Positions 7,833-16,323 of a stretch of DNA of 64,000 nt are shown here, one piece after another. Under the pieces are notes generated by a model. The model was not told the origin of the DNA, did no database searches, and saw only the letters and a list, made by a program, of their open reading frames with translations. Source of the DNA: Actinomycetota bacterium (GTDB taxonomy: Bacteria > Actinomycetota > Actinomycetes > S36-B12); assembly GCA_046046455.1 (NCBI GenBank), contig JBJOJS010000023.1, positions 13,167 to 77,166 on the forward strand, in the 5' to 3' direction. The position numbers and the translations under genes are program-made. Position 1 is the first letter of the stretch. Every line of letters starts with the position of its first letter.

Positions 7833-9673
7833 TGGTCGAGCAGCAGGCGAACTCGGTGCTGGATCGCATCGGCGGTCCCTACGCCGTCACCGTGCGGGGG
7901 TTGCTCGTCATCCTGCTGCCGTCGATCCTGCCCAATGTCGTGTACGACTCGGCGACGAGCGGGGGTTCCCCGTTGGCATGGGGGCTGGTGGGGCTCGCCG
8001 GCACCGGGATAGGCGGTCTCGTCTACCTCGTCCTCGGCGCGATCTTCCTGCCTCAGCGACCGCGCCGCTCGCGACCGGTCACGGCGTTCATCGTCTTCGG
8101 CCTGGCGGGCGTGACCCGGGGTGCGGTCATCGCGTTTCTCAGCTTCTCGACGGGGCTGGCAACCCAGCCACTGTGGACCTTCCGCATCGTGGGCGCCACG
8201 GTGCTGGGCATCTGCTGGTTCGCCCTCGCGGCGATCATCGTGGATGCATGGAGTCGCAATCAGGTGGTGATCTACGAACTGCAGGCACGGCAGCAGTCAG
8301 CCTCGATCCAGCGGGCTCACGCAGAGGCAACCCTGCGGCAGGTGCGTGAGAGCATCAGCGACGCGCTCCTGTCCCGGATGATCGCGATCACCTCCACGCT
8401 CGCTTCCGTTGCTCAGCACGGCAGTGATCCCCAGGTGGCTCGACGAGTCGCGTCGGAGATGCACGCCACGGTCAAGGACGTCGTACGACCCTTGAGTCAC
8501 ACCCTCGCCCTCGCCACGCCAGTCGTGGTCCAGATGGGCGTGCCCGCCGAGTCGCTTGGTCAGCGGTCGAGGCGATGGCTGCGATCGGTGACACGTGACG
8601 CACTGACCATCGACCCCTATCACCCCATGATCACCGCGCTGGTGGTCACGCCCTCCGCCATCCCCGGAGCCATTCGCGCCTATGGAGTCGTGCCGGGGCT
8701 CCTGGGGGCGGCGACCATCGGTGCCTTCACGTGGGTGATCCTCAACAGCGCCCGCACCCTCCATGCGCGCCGGACGGCGCCACTGGGCCGCTGGTCGTGG
8801 GTGCCCGCCGTCGTCACCTACCTGCTCGTCGGCGCTGCGTGCTCGCTGGTGCCTGTGGCGGCGCAGTTGATCCGAGGGGGCACGTGGATCGAAGGGTGGG
8901 CCTCCGGCGGTCAGGTGCTCTTCATCCTCACCCCGATCGCCGCCCTCGGCGCTGCTGTCGTCGCCGCTGAGGATCGCCGTCGCACTCTCGGCGAGCGCGA
9001 ACTTCAGGCAGCGGTGACCCAGGCTGAGTGGTCGACGCATCGGGTACAGCAGGAGGCGTGGGCGGCGAACCGCCTCCTCGCGCGCGAACTCCACGGCGGC
9101 GTCCAGTCCGAACTCACCGCCGCCGCACTGCGCCTCGAAGCGTGGTCGCGCAAGCCCGACCCGCAGACACTGGACGCGGTGCTCGACCAAGTGCGCCATG
9201 CCGTGGATCGCGTCAATGACCTGACGTCACGCGGGGTCGAGCCACCGCCGGTCGATGTGCGTCGCGCGCTCGACTCCATCTGCGACGTGTGGATCTCGCT
9301 CACCCGCATCGACATCGATCTGCACCCGGATGTCGCCCTGACGCTCGAGCAGGACCAAGCGGCCGCTGTCACGGTCATCGAGGTCGTCCGTGAGTGCCTG
9401 GGCAACTCCATCCGCCACGGCCGGGCTTCGCAGGTGACGATCGAGGTGGCATTGGTCGCCGGAGGAGCAGCCGGCGACGCCGTCCACCTTGTCGTCGCCG
9501 ACAACGGCGTGGGCAGCAGCTCAGCGGCAGTCCCCGGCCTGGGTTCGCAGCTCCTCGATCAGATCTGCCTCCGGTGGACGCGCACGTCCACCCGCCCGGG
9601 TACGCGCGTCGACGCCGTGGTCACGCTCGCAAGCGAGCCTCCCGCGGCGCTGGCGGATAACGTCAGCGCATGA
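7832..9673 (+). CDS. multi-TM sensor histidine kinase (HisKA_3 type)
   Basis: 613 aa with two hydrophobic multi-helix blocks. LLARELHGGVQSELTAAALRLE (His421, nt 9092-9094) is HisKA_3-like. VIEVVRECLGNSIRHG...VADNGVG...GLGSQLL forms the HATPase N/G boxes. An upstream second HisKA_3-like segment reads RRVASEMHATVKDVV (His211). Confidence 0.85.
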   Translation: MVEQQANSVLDRIGGPYAVTVRGLLVILLPSILPNVVYDSATSGGSPLAWGLVGLAGTGIGGLVYLVLGAIFLPQRPRRSRPVTAFIVFGLAGVTRGAVIAFLSFSTGLATQPLWTFRIVGATVLGICWFALAAIIVDAWSRNQVVIYELQARQQSASIQRAHAEATLRQVRESISDALLSRMIAITSTLASVAQHGSDPQVARRVASEMHATVKDVVRPLSHTLALATPVVVQMGVPAESLGQRSRRWLRSVTRDALTIDPYHPMITALVVTPSAIPGAIRAYGVVPGLLGAATIGAFTWVILNSARTLHARRTAPLGRWSWVPAVVTYLLVGAACSLVPVAAQLIRGGTWIEGWASGGQVLFILTPIAALGAAVVAAEDRRRTLGERELQAAVTQAEWSTHRVQQEAWAANRLLARELHGGVQSELTAAALRLEAWSRKPDPQTLDAVLDQVRHAVDRVNDLTSRGVEPPPVDVRRALDSICDVWISLTRIDIDLHPDVALTLEQDQAAAVTVIEVVRECLGNSIRHGRASQVTIEVALVAGGAAGDAVHLVVADNGVGSSSAAVPGLGSQLLDQICLRWTRTSTRPGTRVDAVVTLASEPPAALADNVSA

Positions 9674-11064
9674 AGCGCGCCGCCGGACTGCTGCTCGGAG
9701 CCCTCGTGCTCGCGGCGTGCGGACCCAGCGCAACGCTGGATGAAGGCGTGCGCACGGACGCCTCCGCGACGCTCCAGCCGGGGGACGATCTCTTCGTCGT
9801 GCAGTTCCAGGCCGAGGCCGATCTCACCGGCGTGGACCAGATCGAGGACTGGGATGAGCGCGGTCGCGTCGTGATGGAGCGCCTCCAGGAGACAGCGGCG
9901 GCATCCCAGGCAGACGCCATCGCCGCTGCCGAGGCAGCGGGTGCGCGCTACGTGTCGCTGTGGATCTCCAACTCCCTCGTCTTCGCCGGGATGCCGGAAC
10001 TCGGCCCCGAGCTCGCCGCCCTGCCGGGAGTCATGAAGGTCTGGCAGGAGGAGACGCCGACCGGCATCGACGACCCGGAGTCATCATCGCCGCCGTTTCC
10101 CGAGCCGGGCGACGGAGGCTGGGAGGTAGCCGCACTCGGAGTGCCCGAGCTCCATGCCGAGGGCATCGACGGATCCGGGGTCACCATCGGGATCATCGAC
10201 ACCGGTGTGGCCTTCCAGCACGAGGCGCTCGCGAGCGGATACCGCGGTCGCGACGGGAATCACGATTACGACTGGTGGAGTCCGCTTCGGACCTACCGCA
10301 CGGAGCCGGTCGACATCGCCGGCCACGGCACCGCCGTAGCCGGTCTCGCTGTCGGAGACGTCATCGGCGTCGCCACGGGCGCTGACTGGATCGCGGGTAT
10401 CGCGTGCAGCGAGGGCGGCTGCCCGATGAGCGGCGTCGTGCACGCGATGCAGTTCATGCTGGCTCCCACGACGCTGGACGAGCGCGATCCCCGGCCTGAC
10501 CTGCGTCCCCAGGTGGTCAACTCCTCCTGGGTGCGCGCATCCGACGATGAACCCATGCGCCGCGCGAGCAAGGCACTCACCGCTGCAGGGATCGTCGAGG
10601 TCTACGCCGCGGGCAATGACGGCCCCGCCTGCGACACCGCGAGCCCTGTCGGACACGGCGACAACACCTTCATCAGCGTCGGTGCCACGCGCGAGGACGG
10701 CTCGCTCGCCGACTTCTCCTCGCGAGGTCCCGCCACCGATGGCGGCATCGCCCCCGACATCGTCGCACCCGGGGATAACGTCGTGACTGCCACGATGGAC
10801 GGCACCTACCAGTCGATCTCCGGCACGTCCTTTGCCGCGCCCCTGGTCGCCGGTGTCGTCGCCCTCATGCTGGAGGCGAATCCCGAGCTCATCGGCCAGC
10901 CCGAGGAAGTCCTGCGCATTCTGCGCTCAACCGCGCGGGGCATGCCGGATGACCAGTGCGGCGGGCCACCCGATGCCATCGATGGCGTGCCCAATGACGC
11001 GACCGGCTGGGGCTTCGTCCAAGCCGCGGAAGCGGTCGAGGCCGCTCGGACCTGGCAGCGCTAG
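9670..11064 (+). CDS. S8 family (subtilisin-like) serine protease, lipoprotein
   Basis: Lipobox LVLAACG. Catalytic triad motifs: GIIDTGV (Asp), HGTAVAGLA (His) and SGTSFAAPLVAG (Ser). ATGA start/stop overlap with the kinase gene. Confidence 0.9.
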   Translation: MKRAAGLLLGALVLAACGPSATLDEGVRTDASATLQPGDDLFVVQFQAEADLTGVDQIEDWDERGRVVMERLQETAAASQADAIAAAEAAGARYVSLWISNSLVFAGMPELGPELAALPGVMKVWQEETPTGIDDPESSSPPFPEPGDGGWEVAALGVPELHAEGIDGSGVTIGIIDTGVAFQHEALASGYRGRDGNHDYDWWSPLRTYRTEPVDIAGHGTAVAGLAVGDVIGVATGADWIAGIACSEGGCPMSGVVHAMQFMLAPTTLDERDPRPDLRPQVVNSSWVRASDDEPMRRASKALTAAGIVEVYAAGNDGPACDTASPVGHGDNTFISVGATREDGSLADFSSRGPATDGGIAPDIVAPGDNVVTATMDGTYQSISGTSFAAPLVAGVVALMLEANPELIGQPEEVLRILRSTARGMPDDQCGGPPDAIDGVPNDATGWGFVQAAEAVEAARTWQR

Positions 11065-12524
11065 CGACTCGACGTGCTGGTCGGCACGTAGGGGCACGTG
11101 AGGTTGCCGGGCCGCTCCAGGCGCATGAGATACGTCGTCACCGCGTCATTGACGCAGCGCGAGGGTGTGATGCCGTAGAGCACGTGACCGACTCCCTCGT
11201 AGGTGATCAATGACGAGCCCGTGAAATAGGTCGCCATCTCGCGCGCCCACACCCACGGCGTCGCTGGATCACCCGTCGCATTGAGCACGATCGGGGGCGT
11301 CGCCAGGCGCAGCGGTCGCGTGAGTCTCGTCACGGGATGGTCGAAGGCGGGCACGCCCGCGCACCAGCTGAGCCAGGTGAGGGTCAACTGCCCGGCTCGG
11401 GCGGAGCCGATCGCGGCACTTCCGCTTGCCCACGCGGCGGCCTGCTCCGTGGTCGGCCGATCGGTGAAGTCACCGCACATCACGAATCGCCTTGCGTAGA
11501 ACGATCCGTAGTCGACATCGGCCCGGGCTGCCCGGGGCAGCCCGAAGAGGGCGGCGTACGCCTCGTCGATCGCTGCAATGGCGTCGGGGATCAGCGCCTG
11601 GGATGCCGCCGCGCTGAACATCACGCCGAGGAACGAGGCACGGGTGACCTCACGGCCCTCGGCATCGATGTAGGTGCGATTGTTGAGTGCGGAGATCACG
11701 CGATACATGCGCGTGCCGTGGACTCGTCCGATACTCGCGGCCAGCATGTCGAGTGCTGCCTGATGAGACGCGCCGCTCACGGCGGCCAACTCACGGAGCG
11801 AGGAGTTGGGCTGCACCGATCCGTCGAGCACGGTCGCGCGCAGGCGCTCGGGGTAGCGCTGTGCGTAGACCAAGCCGACGCGGGTGCCGTAGCTCATGCC
11901 CCAGTAGGTCCACTTCGCTATGCCGAGCTCGCGGCGCAGGGCATCGAGATCGCGGACGACGAACTCCGTGCCGAGGTACGGCGCGATGTCACGATTGGCC
12001 TCGAAGCATTGGCTGTTGGCCGCCGCGTTCTGGCTGAGGAACTCCTCCGTCACCGTCGGCCAGTCGATGGGGCCGGTCGTGGGGATGTCAGCGAGCGACG
12101 GAGGCAGGGTCGTGCAGTCGGTCGGGATCGGTCGACTGAGGCCGATGCCGCGTGGATCCCAGAGCACGATGTCGAAATGCCGCTTCACCCGCTGGGGCAG
12201 CGCGGACATCACTGTGTTGACGACGAGGAGCGATGACGATCCGGGTCCGCCTGGGTTGAGCGTCAGGGTGCCCCGTCGCTCTCCGTCTGCGCGGTGCACG
12301 GCGAAGGCGATCTCCGCGCTATCGGGGTTGCTCCGGTCGAACCAGTCCATCGGCACCGTGAGAGTGCCGCACCGCCAACCCTTGAGGTCCGGAAGCGGGC
12401 AGGGTCCCCATTCCACGCCGGTGCGCGCGGACGCGCGGGCCGGCTCGTGAGCGACGGCGGGTCCGACGAGTGCGGCCGAGCCGATGGCGAGCGCGGCTGC
12501 GGCCGCGAGAAGGCGTCTGTGCAT
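11061..12524 (-). CDS. secreted alpha/beta hydrolase, S33 tripeptidyl-aminopeptidase-like
   Basis: Signal peptide MHRRLLAAAAALAIGSAALVGPAVAHE. NPGGPGSS oxyanion region and GMSYGT nucleophile elbow (GxSxG). C-terminal TAP-like region with GVGHV. Confidence 0.85.
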   Translation of the reverse strand: MHRRLLAAAAALAIGSAALVGPAVAHEPARASARTGVEWGPCPLPDLKGWRCGTLTVPMDWFDRSNPDSAEIAFAVHRADGERRGTLTLNPGGPGSSSLLVVNTVMSALPQRVKRHFDIVLWDPRGIGLSRPIPTDCTTLPPSLADIPTTGPIDWPTVTEEFLSQNAAANSQCFEANRDIAPYLGTEFVVRDLDALRRELGIAKWTYWGMSYGTRVGLVYAQRYPERLRATVLDGSVQPNSSLRELAAVSGASHQAALDMLAASIGRVHGTRMYRVISALNNRTYIDAEGREVTRASFLGVMFSAAASQALIPDAIAAIDEAYAALFGLPRAARADVDYGSFYARRFVMCGDFTDRPTTEQAAAWASGSAAIGSARAGQLTLTWLSWCAGVPAFDHPVTRLTRPLRLATPPIVLNATGDPATPWVWAREMATYFTGSSLITYEGVGHVLYGITPSRCVNDAVTTYLMRLERPGNLTCPYVPTSTSSR

Positions 12525-12526
12525 GG

Positions 12527-14080
12527 CTAGGCAAGCTCCGTGGGAATGCTCTGCGAGTAGGTGAACACATTGTCCGGGTCGACGGCGCGCTTGACCTCGA
12601 CGAGGCGCTCGAGATTGGCGCCGTAGTAGGCGCGGCCCCAGTCGTCGAGATCGGCGTAGGGCCAGTTGACGAAGGATCCCTGCTCGGTGAACTGCGAGGC
12701 GTAGGCGAAGGTCTCGCGCTGCCAGTCCTGCAGGTCGTCGATCATCGCCTGGGACTGCTCACGCCACCAGATAGCCGGGCGCAGCAGGTTGTGGCTCGAG
12801 CGGTGGACGTAGGCGGTCGCATCGGAGGGGACGTCGTTGACGACACCACCGCTCCAGCACATGAGGCGCACCTCGGCGTTGGCATCCTCGGTGCCTCCCG
12901 GGGCGTTGATGACGCGATCGACAAGCTGGTCGAGGGCGTCGGTGGGGATCGGCTCGCGGGTGAAGCGCGCCGCCTCGGCGAGACCGTGCTTGGGCATGTA
13001 CGGCACGGCGAGCCAGTTGATCTGCGCGCTCCAGTAGTCGAACTCACCCATGATGTAGTCGTCCGGATCCGCCGCCTCGAACACCGGAGCGAGGACTGCG
13101 CGGGCCTCCTCCGCGCTCCCCTGATAGCAGCCATCGATGGTGAGCACGGGGAACGCTGACGCGAAACCACCCGATGCGGTGTTGCCGCCCCCGAGCGGCC
13201 TGACGTTGGTGATGCCGGTGAAACCGGAGAGCTCCGGAGGCGCCTCGAGCATGAGGCGGTCGAAGGCCGACCACGCCGCCACGATGTCGTCGCGGCCCCC
13301 GAAGCGGAAGCCATAGACCGTGATCGTGGGCTTGGGGATGCGCACCAGGTTGAAGGTCAGACGTGTGTTGATCCCGAAGTTGCCACCGGCGCCGCCGCGC
13401 AGCGCCCAGAAGAGGTCGGCGTTCTCACGCTCGCTCGCCGTGACCATCTCCCCACTCGCGAGGACGATGTCGGTCGACTCCAGGTGGTCGCAGGTCATGC
13501 CCGCCCAGCGGGCGTTGTCGCCGATGCCACCGCCGAGCACGAGCCCCGTCACGCCCACACCCGGGCACGTGCCGATCGGGAGCATCCACTCCCCTCCGCG
13601 CAGCGCATCGAGCAGGTTGGCATTGAGGGCACCCGAGCCGAGTGTCACGGTGCCGCGCGTGCGATCGACCTCGACGGAGTTCATCGCTCCCGTCGCGATG
13701 AGCAGGCCCGTGGTCGTCGACGCTCCGATGTAGTTGTGCCCGCCTCCGCGAACGACGGGCTGGACGCCCTCCTCGCGGCACCAGCGGACACAGGTGACGA
13801 CGTCCTCCGGGGTGGCGCACTGGGCGATGGCGATCGGCGTCACGGACTCGTAGACGTCGTTCTGCGGGAGGTTCACTCCGGCGAAGTCGGGCATGCCCGG
13901 GGTGAGGAGGGTGCCCGTGAGCGACTTCGCAAGGGCATCAAGGGCGGATGACGAACTCGAGCTTGCGCTGGTGCACGCCGCGAGGCCGCCCGTGGCTGCG
14001 ATGCCCGCAACCGCAGCGGCACCGCCGAGGAAGGCGCGCCGTGACACATGATCGATGAAGCCGGGGGGTGTGGCCACCAT
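12527..14080 (-). CDS. FAD-binding oxidoreductase of the BBE/vanillyl-alcohol-oxidase family, Tat signal plus lipobox
   Basis: SRRAFLGG...GLAACTS is a twin-arginine leader with a lipobox. VVRGGGHNYIG is the FAD_binding_4 motif. The C-terminal YVNW...YYGANLERLVEVKRAVDPDNVF is the BBE-domain signature. Confidence 0.85.
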   Translation of the reverse strand: MVATPPGFIDHVSRRAFLGGAAAVAGIAATGGLAACTSASSSSSSALDALAKSLTGTLLTPGMPDFAGVNLPQNDVYESVTPIAIAQCATPEDVVTCVRWCREEGVQPVVRGGGHNYIGASTTTGLLIATGAMNSVEVDRTRGTVTLGSGALNANLLDALRGGEWMLPIGTCPGVGVTGLVLGGGIGDNARWAGMTCDHLESTDIVLASGEMVTASERENADLFWALRGGAGGNFGINTRLTFNLVRIPKPTITVYGFRFGGRDDIVAAWSAFDRLMLEAPPELSGFTGITNVRPLGGGNTASGGFASAFPVLTIDGCYQGSAEEARAVLAPVFEAADPDDYIMGEFDYWSAQINWLAVPYMPKHGLAEAARFTREPIPTDALDQLVDRVINAPGGTEDANAEVRLMCWSGGVVNDVPSDATAYVHRSSHNLLRPAIWWREQSQAMIDDLQDWQRETFAYASQFTEQGSFVNWPYADLDDWGRAYYGANLERLVEVKRAVDPDNVFTYSQSIPTELA

Positions 14081-14085
14081 GTCTC

Positions 14086-15123
14086 CTAGGGCCGCATGGA
14101 AGCGGTCAGCTTCAACCAGTACTTGACCCGGTCCTGCCAGGGGAATGCGCTCTCGACACCTACCCAGTCATCGACCCACTTATCGGAGAGCAGGCCGTAC
14201 CAGAGTTCACCCGCCACGAAGCCCTTGCCGAAGCTCAGACCCCTGATCGCGAAATCGTGTTCCTTGCGCCAGGTCGCGTAGTTGGTCCACGCCTGGTTGC
14301 CGTCTCCCTGCCCTGCCTCCAGGAGTCCGAGCTTGCTCGGGGTGATTCCGAACTTCACCAGCGTGTCCGCCAATTGGCCCGACGTGGGCACGAAGGCCGT
14401 CGCAGTAATGCCGATGAAATCGTTGGCGTCACCCAAGGACTCGCCCACGCGCTTGAGGAGGTCGAGCACGAGGCTGAAGGTGATCTCGGGCTGCTTCAGT
14501 CCTTCCAGGGACTTCATGAGCGCGTTCAGGGCCTCGGTCGTCTCATCCGGATTGAAGGCGGTGCTCACCGAGAGCGGGATCTTGGTGCTCTCGATGATGG
14601 TGGCCACCTGCTCCACCACCGGCTTGGTCAGCGAGTTGAGGATGCGCACGTCCGTGCTGCTACTGCCGTTGTCGCCCTCGAAAACAAAGGCAAGGGTCAC
14701 CATGATGTCTGCGGTGAGCGTGGTGCTGGTGCCGATGAACTGCGTCTCCTCGAGCGGGCGCACCGCGAGTTCGCCCTCGAACCACGCATCGCCCGTGCCA
14801 TCAGGGATGGAGGCTTCCTCGCCCGGCTCGACCGATCCGGTCTCCTGCGGAGAGTCGGTCACCCACGCCCACTTCGTGCTGCCCGGGACGCCTGTCGTGG
14901 ACTTGATACGGAGTACTGCGACGAAAGGCTCGTCGCCGTCGCTGACGAAGGAGTCTTCTTCGACTTCTTCCGGTCGAACGATGTCGTAGCCGACGAAACC
15001 CTTGAGGGTCGACGCGACCTCCCCCGATGAGGAGGCCGACTCCACGGGGGCCGTGCCCGATGTGCCGCAGGCCGCAAGGAGTCCCGCGAGCACGAGCACG
15101 GTCGCGACTCGGACGGTCCTCAT
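14086..15123 (-). CDS. lipoprotein of unknown function
   Basis: ATG at 15121-15123 gives MRTVRVATVLVLAGLLAACGTSGTAPVESAS (lipobox). 345 aa, acidic, with no motif I recognise. The start lies 1 nt after the stop of the upstream SGNH gene. The upstream part of ORF 14086..15354 is Pro/Arg-rich and overlaps that gene. Confidence 0.7.
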   Translation of the reverse strand: MRTVRVATVLVLAGLLAACGTSGTAPVESASSSGEVASTLKGFVGYDIVRPEEVEEDSFVSDGDEPFVAVLRIKSTTGVPGSTKWAWVTDSPQETGSVEPGEEASIPDGTGDAWFEGELAVRPLEETQFIGTSTTLTADIMVTLAFVFEGDNGSSSTDVRILNSLTKPVVEQVATIIESTKIPLSVSTAFNPDETTEALNALMKSLEGLKQPEITFSLVLDLLKRVGESLGDANDFIGITATAFVPTSGQLADTLVKFGITPSKLGLLEAGQGDGNQAWTNYATWRKEHDFAIRGLSFGKGFVAGELWYGLLSDKWVDDWVGVESAFPWQDRVKYWLKLTASMRP

Positions 15124-15124
15124 G

Positions 15125-16225
15125 TCAGTTCCTTCCCAGAGCGGCGAGGGCCACGCGCGCGAACTCGGCGTACCCCGCCTTATTGGGGTGCACACCGCTG
15201 TCGCCGGCGATGAGGTACGGCGTGCCCGGGCACCATCCGGTGTCGACGTACATCTCGGCGAAATTCTCCTGGGTCGGCGTGGACTGGTTGCTGGGACCGT
15301 CGGTCCCGGTGCCGTCCTTGGCCGCACCGAAGCAGTCGGCCGCGGTGTAGTCACCCGGGGGGACCCCCACGGCGAACTCCGGGTCAGCGGAGGTCAGGCG
15401 TGATCCCTCCGAGTGCGCGGACGTGACGGCGTCCATGGCCTTGGCGATGGTCGCGTTGAGCTCCTCGCGGGCGATGAGCAGGCCCGCAGGCGTGTAGTTG
15501 CCGAGTGCGAGCGCAGGCACCACCTGCGGGTAGGTCAGGACCAGGATCTGGGCATCCGTGCTGTCGAGCAGTCGCGTATAGACGGTGACGAGGGCGTCGT
15601 AGGTGCCGTCCTCGGTGATGATGCGGTTGAAGCATGCGCGGAGTTCCGCCTCCTGGCCGGGTTTGTCGTAGGCGTCGCATCGCTCGCCCTCGCCGAGGAT
15701 GACCTTGCCCAGGGTCGGGTTGCCCCCCAGTGTCATGAGCACGACGTCGGGGTCCTTCGCGGCGACGGCATCCAGGCCCTTGGCTCCATCGATCGTGAAG
15801 AGATCCTCAGCCCACTCCCGGCCGGTCGATCCGGAGATCGCGTAGTTGACGTACGACTCGGCGGGTACGCCGAGTCCCTGGGCGACCTGCGCGGCCCACG
15901 AGACCTGGTTGCCGTAGCCGTAGTCGGGGGCGAAGACGAGGGGCTCCTCGGCGGTGCGCGCCGTGCCGTTGGAGGAGCACAGGTCGTTCTTCTTGTCGGC
16001 AGGGATGGTGCCCTCCCCGACGCAGGTGAAGAACTCTTCGCCGGTCATCTCGGTGCCGTCGTCATAGAAGCCGAATCCCGCCGTGAAGCTGTCACCGAAG
16101 GCGACGATCCGCTCTGCTCCAGCAGGAGCTCCGGAGGATGCCGATTCGATGGGGGTTGCGGCTGTCGACCCGCAGGCGGCTAGGCCAAGGGCGAGCAGGG
16201 GAACGGCGAAGAGACGAGCGCGCAT
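15125..16225 (-). CDS. SGNH/GDSL hydrolase lipoprotein
   Basis: Lipobox LGLAACG. IVAFGDSFTAG (block I), TLGGNP (block II/III) and GDSGVHPNKAGY (block V DxxH). Confidence 0.8.
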   Translation of the reverse strand: MRARLFAVPLLALGLAACGSTAATPIESASSGAPAGAERIVAFGDSFTAGFGFYDDGTEMTGEEFFTCVGEGTIPADKKNDLCSSNGTARTAEEPLVFAPDYGYGNQVSWAAQVAQGLGVPAESYVNYAISGSTGREWAEDLFTIDGAKGLDAVAAKDPDVVLMTLGGNPTLGKVILGEGERCDAYDKPGQEAELRACFNRIITEDGTYDALVTVYTRLLDSTDAQILVLTYPQVVPALALGNYTPAGLLIAREELNATIAKAMDAVTSAHSEGSRLTSADPEFAVGVPPGDYTAADCFGAAKDGTGTDGPSNQSTPTQENFAEMYVDTGWCPGTPYLIAGDSGVHPNKAGYAEFARVALAALGRN

Positions 16226-16323
16226 GCCAGCACTCTAGGTAGAAGGGGTGCGCGAGGGGCGAGAGTATTCGGATATCTCACGCGGGTCCCTTCGCGACCG
16301 CAGTTCGCGGCTAGCCTGCCCTC
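16226..16323. promoter_or_regulatory. divergent promoter region between the SGNH operon and RHS-1
   Basis: 98-nt gap between divergently oriented starts. It contains ATTCGGATATCTCACGCGGG (16267-16286). This matches 15 of 20 positions of a motif placed at the same distance upstream of RHS-3. Confidence 0.35.
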
